In this document: piece by piece, positions 19,076 through 27,007 of the stretch
Position numbering within the stretch: the stretch's first letter is position 1
Layout: the number at the start of each line of letters is the position of its first letter
Origin: Dehalococcoidales bacterium
Lineage (GTDB): Bacteria; Chloroflexota; Dehalococcoidia; Dehalococcoidales; RBG-16-60-22
NCBI GenBank assembly: GCA_050014355.1
Contig: JBEKDL010000003.1
Coordinates: 1 to 53,545 of the forward strand
Direction of reading: 5' to 3'
DNA: 53,545 nt
The notes under the pieces: generated by a model
Seen by the model: the letters and a program-made list of their open reading frames with translations, nothing else
Databases searched by the model: none
What the model was told of the DNA's origin: nothing
Position numbers and translations under genes: made by a program

Positions 19076-19084
19076 CCATTTAAA

Positions 19085-19113
19085 ATATTACACGTTTCCG
19101 TGTATATTGTCAA
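19085..19113 (-). promoter_or_regulatory. Promoter of CoA-binding protein gene with TACAC-N6-GTGTA operator
   Basis: Minus strand TTGACA (19113-19108), 17 bp, TAATAT (19090-19085). Palindrome TACACG-TTTC-CGTGTA at 19089-19104. Confidence 0.65.
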
Positions 19114-19352
19114 GGTTTCCCGGGGCGGGGAGAAGCATTGTACCTGAATTTAGCTTTCTCCGCGACCATGGACAACAAGGTTGCCGAAGCGCCGCGCGGA
19201 CGGTACATCCCTATCTCCCATTCGCTGATGGTCTGCTGGCGCGTTCCCAGCTTTTCCGATAGTTCCTGCTGTGTCAGACCCAGATGCCGCCGTAAAGCCT
19301 GGATACTGGCACTGTCCCACTGTTTCCGCTTTGCTCCCCGGCGTTTGCTCAT
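19110..19352 (-). CDS. XRE-family helix-turn-helix regulator
   Basis: IQALRRHLGLTQQELSEKLGTRQQTISEWEIG..RP is a canonical HTH_3 pattern. Confidence 0.88.
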   Translation of the reverse strand: MSKRRGAKRKQWDSASIQALRRHLGLTQQELSEKLGTRQQTISEWEIGMYRPRGASATLLSMVAEKAKFRYNASPRPGKP

Positions 19353-19358
19353 GCCCTG

Positions 19359-19388
19359 ATTTTACACGATGCAGTGTAATAAGGTCAA
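19359..19388 (-). promoter_or_regulatory. Leaderless promoter of XRE gene with second TACAC-N6-GTGTA operator
   Basis: Minus strand TTGACC (19388-19383), 18 bp, TAAAAT (19364-19359), 6 nt before ATG 19352. TTACAC-GATGCA-GTGTAA at 19362-19379. Confidence 0.65.
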
Positions 19389-19405
19389 AATAACTGGCCT
19401 TGGTC

Positions 19406-19434
19406 TTGACAAAAGAACAATTGTTCTATATAAT
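19406..19434 (+). promoter_or_regulatory. Consensus promoter with LexA (SOS) box in spacer
   Basis: TTGACA (19406-19411), 17 bp, TATAAT (19429-19434). Perfect palindrome AGAAC-AATT-GTTCT (19414-19427) matches the GAAC-N4-GTTC LexA box of Firmicutes, Actinobacteria and Chloroflexi. Confidence 0.9.
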
Positions 19435-19455
19435 TAATGTTTGCCGGGTGAAAAG

Positions 19456-20634
19456 ATGAAAATACTCTGTGTGTTATTACCGCATTTCCCGCTGATGTGT
19501 GAAGTCCGGAGAAATCCGGCCCTCGCCGGCCGTCCGGCCATCGTCACCCGCGCGGAAGGCTCACAGAAGCTGGTGCTGGACTATTCCCCGGGGCTCGAAA
19601 GCCTGCTACCCGGTATGCCCCTCCAGGCAGCCCTGGCCCGCCACGGGGGAGCCGAGCTGGTACAGGCGGACCTGCCCTGCTACCGCTCTGTCTGGAACGG
19701 CATCCTGGACGCGCTGGAGCTGAAAAGCCCGCTGGTGGAAGGCGCCGCGCCGGGTTGCGCTTATATCGGCCTGGACGGACTGCAGCTCATTTACCCGGAA
19801 GATGGTGCTGTCATTACCGCCGTGCGGGAAGCGATACCGGAGACCTTCGCCGTGCAGATAGGGATAGCCGGGAACAAGTTCCTGGCCTACCTCGCGGCCC
19901 TGCATAGCCCCGCGGGCGGACAGAAGATACTGACCGGTAACGCGGCCGCTTTCCTTGAAGACCTTCCCGCCGATGTCCTCCCCATCTCGATGGAGAGCAG
20001 GGACAAGCTGCACGCCTTCGGGATGCGTACCCTCGGGCAGATAGCGGCCCTGCCCCCCGGCCCCTTACAGGCGCAGTTCGGCCCGGAGGGGAAAAGGCTG
20101 TGGGAGCTCGCCAGAGGGCACGATGACACCCCCCTTTACCCCCGCATGATGGAAGAGAACATCGAAGAGAGCACCCTGCTGACCTCGGCGACCGTTTCCC
20201 TGGACGCCATCGCGGTCACGGCGGAAACGCTGCTGGCCAGGGTCTTTACCCGGACAGCCCCAAAAGGCCTGGGCATCCGCAGCCTGACCTTCTGGACGCG
20301 CAGCTGGAGCGCGGGCCAGTGGGAGCGGAGCCTGCGCTTTAAAGAGCCGGCGATGGAAATCAAAAGCGTCATCACCCGCGTCCGGCGCACGCTGGAGGAC
20401 TACCCCCAACCCGGCCCCGTCGAGCAGGTGGGGTTGAGGATTACGGGGCTGGGCCGCCAGTCGCGGCGGCAGAAAAGCCTCTTCGCCGATATCAGGGCAC
20501 AGGAGCACCTCATGGACGATATCAAGCAGATGGAACTCCGGCTGGGCGGTAACCAGGTGTTTAAAGTTAAGGAGGTGGAGCCATGGTCGAGAATACCGGA
20601 ACGTCGCTACACCCTGACGCCGTTAAACCGGTAA
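19456..20634 (+). CDS. imuB: ImuB-like inactive Y-family polymerase
   Basis: Y-family features (GMPL..A.A, SPLVE, YI.LDGL, GIA.NKFLA, LH.FG.RTLG.IA.LP...L.AQFG.EG) without the catalytic acidic residues; upstream of dnaE2. ATG 19456 preferred over TTG 19441. Confidence 0.85.
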   Translation: MKILCVLLPHFPLMCEVRRNPALAGRPAIVTRAEGSQKLVLDYSPGLESLLPGMPLQAALARHGGAELVQADLPCYRSVWNGILDALELKSPLVEGAAPGCAYIGLDGLQLIYPEDGAVITAVREAIPETFAVQIGIAGNKFLAYLAALHSPAGGQKILTGNAAAFLEDLPADVLPISMESRDKLHAFGMRTLGQIAALPPGPLQAQFGPEGKRLWELARGHDDTPLYPRMMEENIEESTLLTSATVSLDAIAVTAETLLARVFTRTAPKGLGIRSLTFWTRSWSAGQWERSLRFKEPAMEIKSVITRVRRTLEDYPQPGPVEQVGLRITGLGRQSRRQKSLFADIRAQEHLMDDIKQMELRLGGNQVFKVKEVEPWSRIPERRYTLTPLNR

Positions 20635-20867
20635 ACACGCCGGAGCCGGTGCGCGTTGAAGAAGGCCCCGCCGGACTGCCGCTGGCGGTCAGGCTGCCGA
20701 ACCGACAGCGCGTGGCGGCCATCGAGGACCGGTGGCGCATTGATGACGAGTGGTGGCGGACCGAACCGGTCTCGCGCATTTATTACGTGGTGCTGCTGGC
20801 CTCGGGGGAGAAGCTGGCGCTGTATCAAGACCTCATCAGTGGGGAATGGTACAGGCAGGGGGGATAA
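20583..20867 (+). CDS. Small mutasome-associated protein (DUF6504-like)
   Basis: P.PVRV.....G.P, V..IEDRWRIDDEWW..P.SR.YY.V, LYQDL..G.WY.Q. Strong SD AAGGAGGT inside imuB. Confidence 0.78.
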   Translation: MVENTGTSLHPDAVKPVNTPEPVRVEEGPAGLPLAVRLPNRQRVAAIEDRWRIDDEWWRTEPVSRIYYVVLLASGEKLALYQDLISGEWYRQGG

Positions 20868-20883
20868 AAGGAGAAGTCAAAAA

Positions 20884-20980
20884 TGTCATTCTGAGGGAGC
20901 GTAGCGACCGTGAGAATCTATCTCAAGCCTAAATGGATTCTCACATCGTCCCGATTACATCGGGACTCTTCAGAATGACA
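20884..20980. repeat. Palindromic MITE/REP-like element, copy 2
   Basis: Perfect 11-bp terminal inverted repeat TGTCATTCTGA...TCAGAATGACA; internal hairpin GTCCCGAT-TAC-ATCGGGAC; matches 6608-6710. Confidence 0.82.
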
Positions 20981-20985
20981 AACGC

Positions 20986-21037
20986 TTTGAGTTTTGCGCT
21001 GTGGTTTTGAGATTTGACTTTTAACTTTTAAGCTTTT
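20986..21037. repeat. Heptamer tandem repeat element
   Basis: GCTGTGG TTTTGAG ATTTGAC TTTTAAC TTTTAAG CTTTT directly upstream of the dnaE2 ATG. Confidence 0.65.
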
Positions 21038-21041
21038 ATCT

Positions 21042-24000
21042 ATGGACTACGCCGAGCTTCACTGCCACAGCTATTACTCCTTTCATGACGGTGCTTCGTC
21101 ACTGGAAGAACTGATGGTGCGCGCTAAAGACCTCGGCTACCGCGCCCTGGCCGTCACCGACCACGATAACCTCTGCGGGGCAATGTGCTACGCGCAGCTC
21201 GCCCGCTCCCTGAAGATGCAGGCCATCACCGGAGCGGAGATAACGCTCAAAGGCGGTTATCATCTAACCCTCCTCGCTAAAGACCGGCAGGGCTACCGCA
21301 ACCTCTGCCGCCTTATCACCGCCGCTCATGCCTCCGGCGAGCGCAATAGCCCCGGGCTGCCGCCCGAGCTCCTGCCGGAGCATGCCGCCGGCCTGATAGC
21401 GCTCTCCGGCTGCCCGCAGGGAGAGCTGGCGCAGTTTGTCGTCAAAGTCCGCTATAACGAAGCGCGCAAGCTGGCCGGGCAGTATCTCGACTGGTTCGGC
21501 GCGGAAAACTACTACATCGAGCTACAGCACAACCTTGCCCCCGGTGATAGCGAGCGCAATAAAAGGCTGCTCGCTTTAGCTCAAGAAACAGGCATTAAAG
21601 TCGTCGCGACGGGCAACGTCCACTATCACGTTAGAGAGCGCCACCAGCTGCAGGACTGCCTGGTCGCCATCAAAAACTGCAAAAGCCTGGAGGAGACCCA
21701 CCGCGAGCGGCGGCCGAACTCGGAGTATTACCTGCGGCCGCCGCAGGAGCTCGAGTTTATCTTCAAAGAATGCCCCGAAGCCCTGCAAAACACGGTGGAA
21801 ATCGCCGGGCGCTGTACTTTCGATTTAACCAAAGACCTGGACTATGTTTTCCCCGATTACCCCGCCCCCGAAGGCTATACGCCGGAAAGCTACCTGGAAA
21901 AGCTCTGCCGCGAGGCGGCCGTAAGGCGCTACGGGTCTATAACGCCGCAGGTACAGGAGAGGCTGGCGGAAGAGTTCCGGCTCATCAATAAATACAACCT
22001 GGCAGGCTTCTTGCTGATGTACCACGAGGTCATCAAACTGGGGCGGGAGGTGATGCTCGACCTGGGTTTGAGCGACCCGTCCCTGACCGTCGAGGAGAAC
22101 CCGCCGGGGAGGGGCCGCGGCTCGTCGGTGGCGCTACTGGTGGGCTACCTCATCGGCCTGTCCCACATCGACCCGCTCAAATATAACCTTTCGCTGGAGA
22201 GGTTCCTCCCGGCGGACGTTATGACCAACGTGCCGGACATCGACCTCGATTTTCCGCGCAGCATCCGCGAGGAGCTTATCCTGCGCACGCATCAAAAATG
22301 GGGCTGGCAGCACGCCGCTCTCGCCGGCACCATCGCCACCTACATGGTCAAGGGCGCCGTAAGAGACCTGGGCAAAGCGCTGGGGCTGCCGCTGGTGGAA
22401 ATCGACCAGCTGTCCAAGTTCGTCGACTGGGGCAGCGCCCGGAAGCTGGCCCGGAAGATGGAGAAAATGCCCAATTTCAAGGAAAAGATAGACGCCCCGG
22501 TCTGGCGCGACCTGGTGCGGCTGGCGGCTGAACTGGACGGCTTCCCCAAGTACATGGGACAGCACCCGGGCGGTATGATTTTATCCTCCACCCCCCTCAC
22601 CGATATCGTCCCCGTCCAGCGGGGCGCCATCGAGGGGCGGTACGTCTGCCAGTGGGACAAGGACAGCATCGATGACGCGGGCTTCGTCAAGATAGATTTT
22701 CTGGCCCTGGGCGCATTATCCCAGCTCCAGGAGGCCATCGAACTCATCAAAGACCGCACCGGAAAAAGAATCGATATGTCCCGCATCGATTTCGAGGACG
22801 CCGCCGTTTATGACATGCTCTGCCGGGGGGACACCATCGGCATCTTCCAGGTGGAGTCGGCGGCGCAAATGCAGACCATCACCCGCCTCCGCCCCCGCAA
22901 TCTGCTGGACATGGCACACGAGGTGGGGGCAGTGCGGCCGGGGGTGGGCGTCAACCACGGCGTGCAGGAGTACCTGGCGCGGCGTACTAAAAGAAAGCCT
23001 GTAACATATGACCACCCGCTGGAGAAACGCGCTTTAGAGCGCACGCTGGGCGTGGTGCTTTTCCAGGACCAGGTAAACCAGCTGGCGATAGACGTGGCCG
23101 GCTTTGCCCCCAGCGAGGCCGACCGCCTGCGCCGCGCCTTCGGCCGGAGGCATAACGAGGAGCTCATCGAGCGGTACCGCCAGCAGTTCCTGGCCGGGGC
23201 GGCTAAAAACGGCGTGCCTGAAGAAGCAGCGGAGACCATTTTTAAGAAGTTCAACGGCCAGTACATGTTCCCGGAGTCACACGCCTTCGCCTTCGGGGTG
23301 ACGGCCTACCAGGCGTCCTGGCTGAAATATTATTACCCGCTGGAGTTCTTCGTGGCCATCTTCAACCAGCAGCCTATGGGCTTTTATAACCTGGAGACGC
23401 TGAAGGAGGACGCCAAACGGCACGGGATTATCGTGCTGAACCCGGATATAAATAAGAGCCGGGCTAAATGCGTTATAGAAGACGGCTCCCTGCGCCTGGG
23501 TCTCCTTAATATTACTAGCCTTGGCGAGGTCACCGCGAAAGCGATTGAGCAGGCGCGGGGAAAAGGCGGGGCTTTCAGAAACATCGGCGAGTTCCTGGAG
23601 CGTACCGGCGTGCTGGAAGAGGTCGCTCTCAACCTGGCCTCCGCCGGCGCCTTCGACGCTCTGGAGCCGAACCGCCGCAAGGTGAAGTGGGAAATCGGCC
23701 TGCGCTACCGGCCCATCAATACCCAGCTGCCTTTACCCCTCCCCGTGACGCAGGACATGATAGAGCTGGCAAAGCCCGGTGCCTGGGAGAGCATGCAGGA
23801 CGAGTACAGCGTCCTTAGCCTCTATCCCGGCGGACACGTCATGGCCCGGCTGCGCCCGCGCCTGGGTAAAAACCTGACTACCAGCCGGGACATCGATAGC
23901 CTGTGCGACGGCGCCGCGGTAAGCATTGCCGGGCTGGTCATCCGCCGGCAGAGGCCGCGCGGCAAAGTGGTCTTCATCACGCTGGAAGATGAGTTCGGCC

Positions 24001-24179
24001 ATGTGCCGTGCATGGTCTTCCCCAAAGTGTACGAGCGCTACGAGCACCGGTTCAAAGAGCCCTTCTTGATAGTGAAAGGCCGGCTCTCCCGGCGCGAGGG
24101 GACGCACAACGTGGTCATCAACCAGGTAAAATCTTTCAGCGCCCTGGATAAGGTGCCCGGCTCAAAGGACTTCAGGTAG
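21042..24179 (+). CDS. dnaE2: Error-prone DNA polymerase III alpha subunit DnaE2
   Basis: PHP motif YAELHCHSYYSF.DGAS, GRGS, PDIDLDF, QHPGG, KIDFLALG, FQVES.AQM, FPESHA, NQQPMGFY, FITLEDE and C-terminal SKDFR (DnaE2 SRDFR-like tail); lies downstream of imuB. Confidence 0.93.
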   Translation: MDYAELHCHSYYSFHDGASSLEELMVRAKDLGYRALAVTDHDNLCGAMCYAQLARSLKMQAITGAEITLKGGYHLTLLAKDRQGYRNLCRLITAAHASGERNSPGLPPELLPEHAAGLIALSGCPQGELAQFVVKVRYNEARKLAGQYLDWFGAENYYIELQHNLAPGDSERNKRLLALAQETGIKVVATGNVHYHVRERHQLQDCLVAIKNCKSLEETHRERRPNSEYYLRPPQELEFIFKECPEALQNTVEIAGRCTFDLTKDLDYVFPDYPAPEGYTPESYLEKLCREAAVRRYGSITPQVQERLAEEFRLINKYNLAGFLLMYHEVIKLGREVMLDLGLSDPSLTVEENPPGRGRGSSVALLVGYLIGLSHIDPLKYNLSLERFLPADVMTNVPDIDLDFPRSIREELILRTHQKWGWQHAALAGTIATYMVKGAVRDLGKALGLPLVEIDQLSKFVDWGSARKLARKMEKMPNFKEKIDAPVWRDLVRLAAELDGFPKYMGQHPGGMILSSTPLTDIVPVQRGAIEGRYVCQWDKDSIDDAGFVKIDFLALGALSQLQEAIELIKDRTGKRIDMSRIDFEDAAVYDMLCRGDTIGIFQVESAAQMQTITRLRPRNLLDMAHEVGAVRPGVGVNHGVQEYLARRTKRKPVTYDHPLEKRALERTLGVVLFQDQVNQLAIDVAGFAPSEADRLRRAFGRRHNEELIERYRQQFLAGAAKNGVPEEAAETIFKKFNGQYMFPESHAFAFGVTAYQASWLKYYYPLEFFVAIFNQQPMGFYNLETLKEDAKRHGIIVLNPDINKSRAKCVIEDGSLRLGLLNITSLGEVTAKAIEQARGKGGAFRNIGEFLERTGVLEEVALNLASAGAFDALEPNRRKVKWEIGLRYRPINTQLPLPLPVTQDMIELAKPGAWESMQDEYSVLSLYPGGHVMARLRPRLGKNLTTSRDIDSLCDGAAVSIAGLVIRRQRPRGKVVFITLEDEFGHVPCMVFPKVYERYEHRFKEPFLIVKGRLSRREGTHNVVINQVKSFSALDKVPGSKDFR

Positions 24180-24187
24180 TGATAGTT

Positions 24188-24634
24188 TTAAATTACAGTC
24201 CTGCCGAGATAAATCAGCACGATGACGATTGCGAGCAAAATCCAGTAGAAACTGGGCACTGGCCCCCACCAGCTGCGGTGCCACCAGATTTTACCCTTGC
24301 GGAAGCTTTTAACGCCGTAATGCGGATTAAAAATAAACCATAAAAAGTCTTCCAGCAAGACCAGGCCGATATAAAATCCGACTAAGAGGCTTTCCAAACG
24401 CCAGCTCCACGGGGTAAAGAACAGCGGCAGATGGACGATGCCGATAAGGAAGAGTGTCATAAACACGTGATAGCCGGTGATGGGGCGCCCGCCGGTTAGC
24501 TTTATCGGCCACCCTTTTTCAATGCGCCAGGCCGGGAGTTTGGCCGCCCAGCCATCCGCCCCCTCTATCTGTATCTCCCACAGCGCCAGGATAGCGGCCA
24601 TGAACACCATGAATGCCAGAAGTCCGATAATCAT
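24188..24634 (-). CDS. Membrane protein of unknown function
   Basis: Hydrophobic helices with conserved-looking WEIQIEG..GWA..LP.WR, TGYH and EDFLWF..NP motifs; SD GGAGG. Confidence 0.75.
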   Translation of the reverse strand: MIIGLLAFMVFMAAILALWEIQIEGADGWAAKLPAWRIEKGWPIKLTGGRPITGYHVFMTLFLIGIVHLPLFFTPWSWRLESLLVGFYIGLVLLEDFLWFIFNPHYGVKSFRKGKIWWHRSWWGPVPSFYWILLAIVIVLIYLGRTVI

Positions 24635-24775
24635 TAACCTCCCCTTTTCCCTATATCTTACGTTGCCCTGCCCTATCTTTCAACCCGCTTCACCTGCGTG
24701 CCAATTACGTTCACGCCGTGCTATAATCTTCATATAGGTACCATTGGTTAACAAACGCTTGAGGTGAGATAAAAG

Positions 24776-25390
24776 GTGAAAATATTAATCTTATCCGGGA
24801 GCAAGAACCGCGAAGGCAAGACCGCCAGGGCTATCGAAGCTATTCGCAAAGGTATTACCAGAGCTAAAGGGCAACTGGAAATCATTTTCCTGCTCGAGCT
24901 CAATCTCGAAAAGTGCCGGCAGTGCAACCCCGACGGCTGGGGGATATGCCGGAGCGAGCACCGCTGTATCATCGAGGACGATTTTGCGGGAATAGTAGAA
25001 AAGATTAAAGAGTCTGACCTGGTAGTATTCGCAACGCCGGTGTACTTCGGCGATTTGAGTGAAAGCATACGCGGGTTCCTCGACCGTTTGCGCCGGATAC
25101 GCTTTACCTTCGGTCCGCCTCCCGCCCCGGGCATGCCGCCGCGGCCGACCGGCCCCACGACGCCGGCTATCGGCTTGTGCTATGCGGGAGGTAGCGGCAA
25201 CGGTACGATATCCTGTGCCTTCTTCCTGGAGAGAACCCTGCAAACGTGCGGCTTCGATGTTGTGGACATGATTCCGGTACGCCGCCAGAATTTAGAAATG
25301 AAGCTGCCTCACCTGGAACGCGTTGGGGAATGGCTGGTTACGAAACCGGTATCGGGGCCGCCGCCCGCGCCGCCTCCCCCGGCCCGTTAG
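24776..25390 (+). CDS. Flavodoxin family / NAD(P)H-dependent FMN reductase (iron-sulfur flavoprotein-like)
   Basis: ILILSGS.NREGKT, Cys cluster CRQC..W.IC.....C, VFATPVYFGDLSE...FLDRL, AGGSGNG. Confidence 0.85.
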   Translation: MKILILSGSKNREGKTARAIEAIRKGITRAKGQLEIIFLLELNLEKCRQCNPDGWGICRSEHRCIIEDDFAGIVEKIKESDLVVFATPVYFGDLSESIRGFLDRLRRIRFTFGPPPAPGMPPRPTGPTTPAIGLCYAGGSGNGTISCAFFLERTLQTCGFDVVDMIPVRRQNLEMKLPHLERVGEWLVTKPVSGPPPAPPPPAR

Positions 25391-25407
25391 AGCAGTGAGA
25401 CTACTTA

Positions 25408-26175
25408 TCATCGATGGTTGAAACTGGCATCGATAAAATCAACTATCGGCGGGCCGACTTCGCTGGAAGACCAGAGGTATTCGTGACCGGGAATCTCGAT
25501 TGCGCGGGCGAAATTCATCGCCCGGTGTCCGATTTTTGCCTGGAGCCACCTGAACGGAGCTTTGATAACCGCCGCCGCTATCGCTCTGATATCCCCGTCG
25601 GCGAGCTTATCTTTCCCGTTATTGTCCAGGACAAGAATGCGATTTGAGGTGTAGTTCTGGTACCACCGGGGTACCCCGGCCACAATGGCATCCACGCCGG
25701 GCCTGTCGGCCAGCCCTTTCATCGCCCTTTCGGTAAGCCCTCCTCCGTTGGAAAAGCCCGCGATAATGACCCGTTTGCCGGGAAAGCTAGCCAGGATAAA
25801 CTGCACTTCGTTGGCCATGGCTTCCGAAGAATACTTGAAGGATTCCAGGTAGTCTTTGATGTCCTCTATTTTTCCTGCCAGCCCACGGGGAGTCCGAACG
25901 AACGGGATTATCACCGAGCTATACCCGAGTTGACTTAAAGAATCCTGGATACCGGCCAGCACCGGAGTAAAATCGGTGGCCTGTCCTAGCGGAGTGTTTC
26001 CCCAGCCCCCGGAGTTGAAAACAATGACCACATCCTTGGGGGCTGATAGGTCACGCAACATCTGTTCACGCGCGGCGCCTGGCTCTACATCCTGTTTTAG
26101 CAAGATGACCCACAGCGTAAAGCCGACGAGCAGCACACCCAGGAAGATAATCAGCACTTTCCATATTGTCTTCAT
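25408..26175 (-). CDS. Membrane-anchored alpha/beta-hydrolase-like protein
   Basis: N-terminal TM helix, nucleophile elbow IAGFSNGGG, candidate Asp (DKL) and His (PGHEY). Confidence 0.6.
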   Translation of the reverse strand: MKTIWKVLIIFLGVLLVGFTLWVILLKQDVEPGAAREQMLRDLSAPKDVVIVFNSGGWGNTPLGQATDFTPVLAGIQDSLSQLGYSSVIIPFVRTPRGLAGKIEDIKDYLESFKYSSEAMANEVQFILASFPGKRVIIAGFSNGGGLTERAMKGLADRPGVDAIVAGVPRWYQNYTSNRILVLDNNGKDKLADGDIRAIAAAVIKAPFRWLQAKIGHRAMNFARAIEIPGHEYLWSSSEVGPPIVDFIDASFNHR

Positions 26176-26332
26176 CGATATTATTATATCATTGCGGTCT
26201 TCCCTACGTTTGGACGGGTCCTCCCACTGGCGGCGCCATTAAATAATTGGTAAACGGGGTATAATTGTGATGAAAGGAATACGCAGAGACCTTCTTTTTT
26301 GGTTATCATCCTGACGTAAACGACGGTTAATA

Positions 26333-26986
26333 ATGAGTCTAGCAGAACAGGTTTTATCGTTCGCCGGCACTTTTAATGTCTGGCTGGTACTTTCGATTTT
26401 TATTATGCTCACCCTGGGTGAGTTCGGCACTTCTATTCCCTACGTCATGGAAACAATATGGATACTGGTGGGATATCACGTCACTATCGGCTCGTTTTCT
26501 GTCTTTCACCTGGTGCTACTCTGGCTGGTAGCGGTGACCTCCAGGACGTTGGGGGCGGTGGCGCTTTACTATGTTGCCGGACTCGGCCGGGGACCGATAA
26601 TGAAGCTATATAATCGATTTTTCGGTAAGGTCATCGCGGAAAGGCTATCGGGAACCGGTACCACCGCCAGCCTGCCGGCGAGGCTGCTGCGCCGGATAAA
26701 CCTGCTATCACCGTATTCTGTGGCGTTCGGCCGGCTGATATGGCTAAGGGTTCCGCTAACGATTCTTTTAAGTATGCGGCGGCAACTGTTATTGCTTGTC
26801 GAGGCGGTCGTGCTTTTTAGCCTCATCTGGGATGCAACCTACATCTTAATCGGCATTATCGGCGGCAATATCAAAGTGAATTCCACTGACGTGATTTTGT
26901 ACTCTCTGGGCGGCCTGACCTTCCTCTACGCGATGGCCTTTGTTATCCGCCGCCTATCGGGCTGGTGGCTGTCCAGGCATCAATAA
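26333..26986 (+). CDS. DedA-like membrane protein
   Basis: GE...IPYV.ETI.ILVGY, GA..LYY...G, VAFGRLI..R patterns; multiple TM segments. Confidence 0.7.
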   Translation: MSLAEQVLSFAGTFNVWLVLSIFIMLTLGEFGTSIPYVMETIWILVGYHVTIGSFSVFHLVLLWLVAVTSRTLGAVALYYVAGLGRGPIMKLYNRFFGKVIAERLSGTGTTASLPARLLRRINLLSPYSVAFGRLIWLRVPLTILLSMRRQLLLLVEAVVLFSLIWDATYILIGIIGGNIKVNSTDVILYSLGGLTFLYAMAFVIRRLSGWWLSRHQ

Positions 26987-27007
26987 ACGGGTGGGACTGG
27001 TTTAACG

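Noticed and set aside
26270-26335. Short uORF MKGIRRDLLFWLSS in frame with the DedA-like gene across a TGA (possible readthrough or Sec)
   Set aside because: No SECIS-like hairpin or redox motif; the ATG is too close to the -10 box; in-frame placement occurs one time in three by chance.
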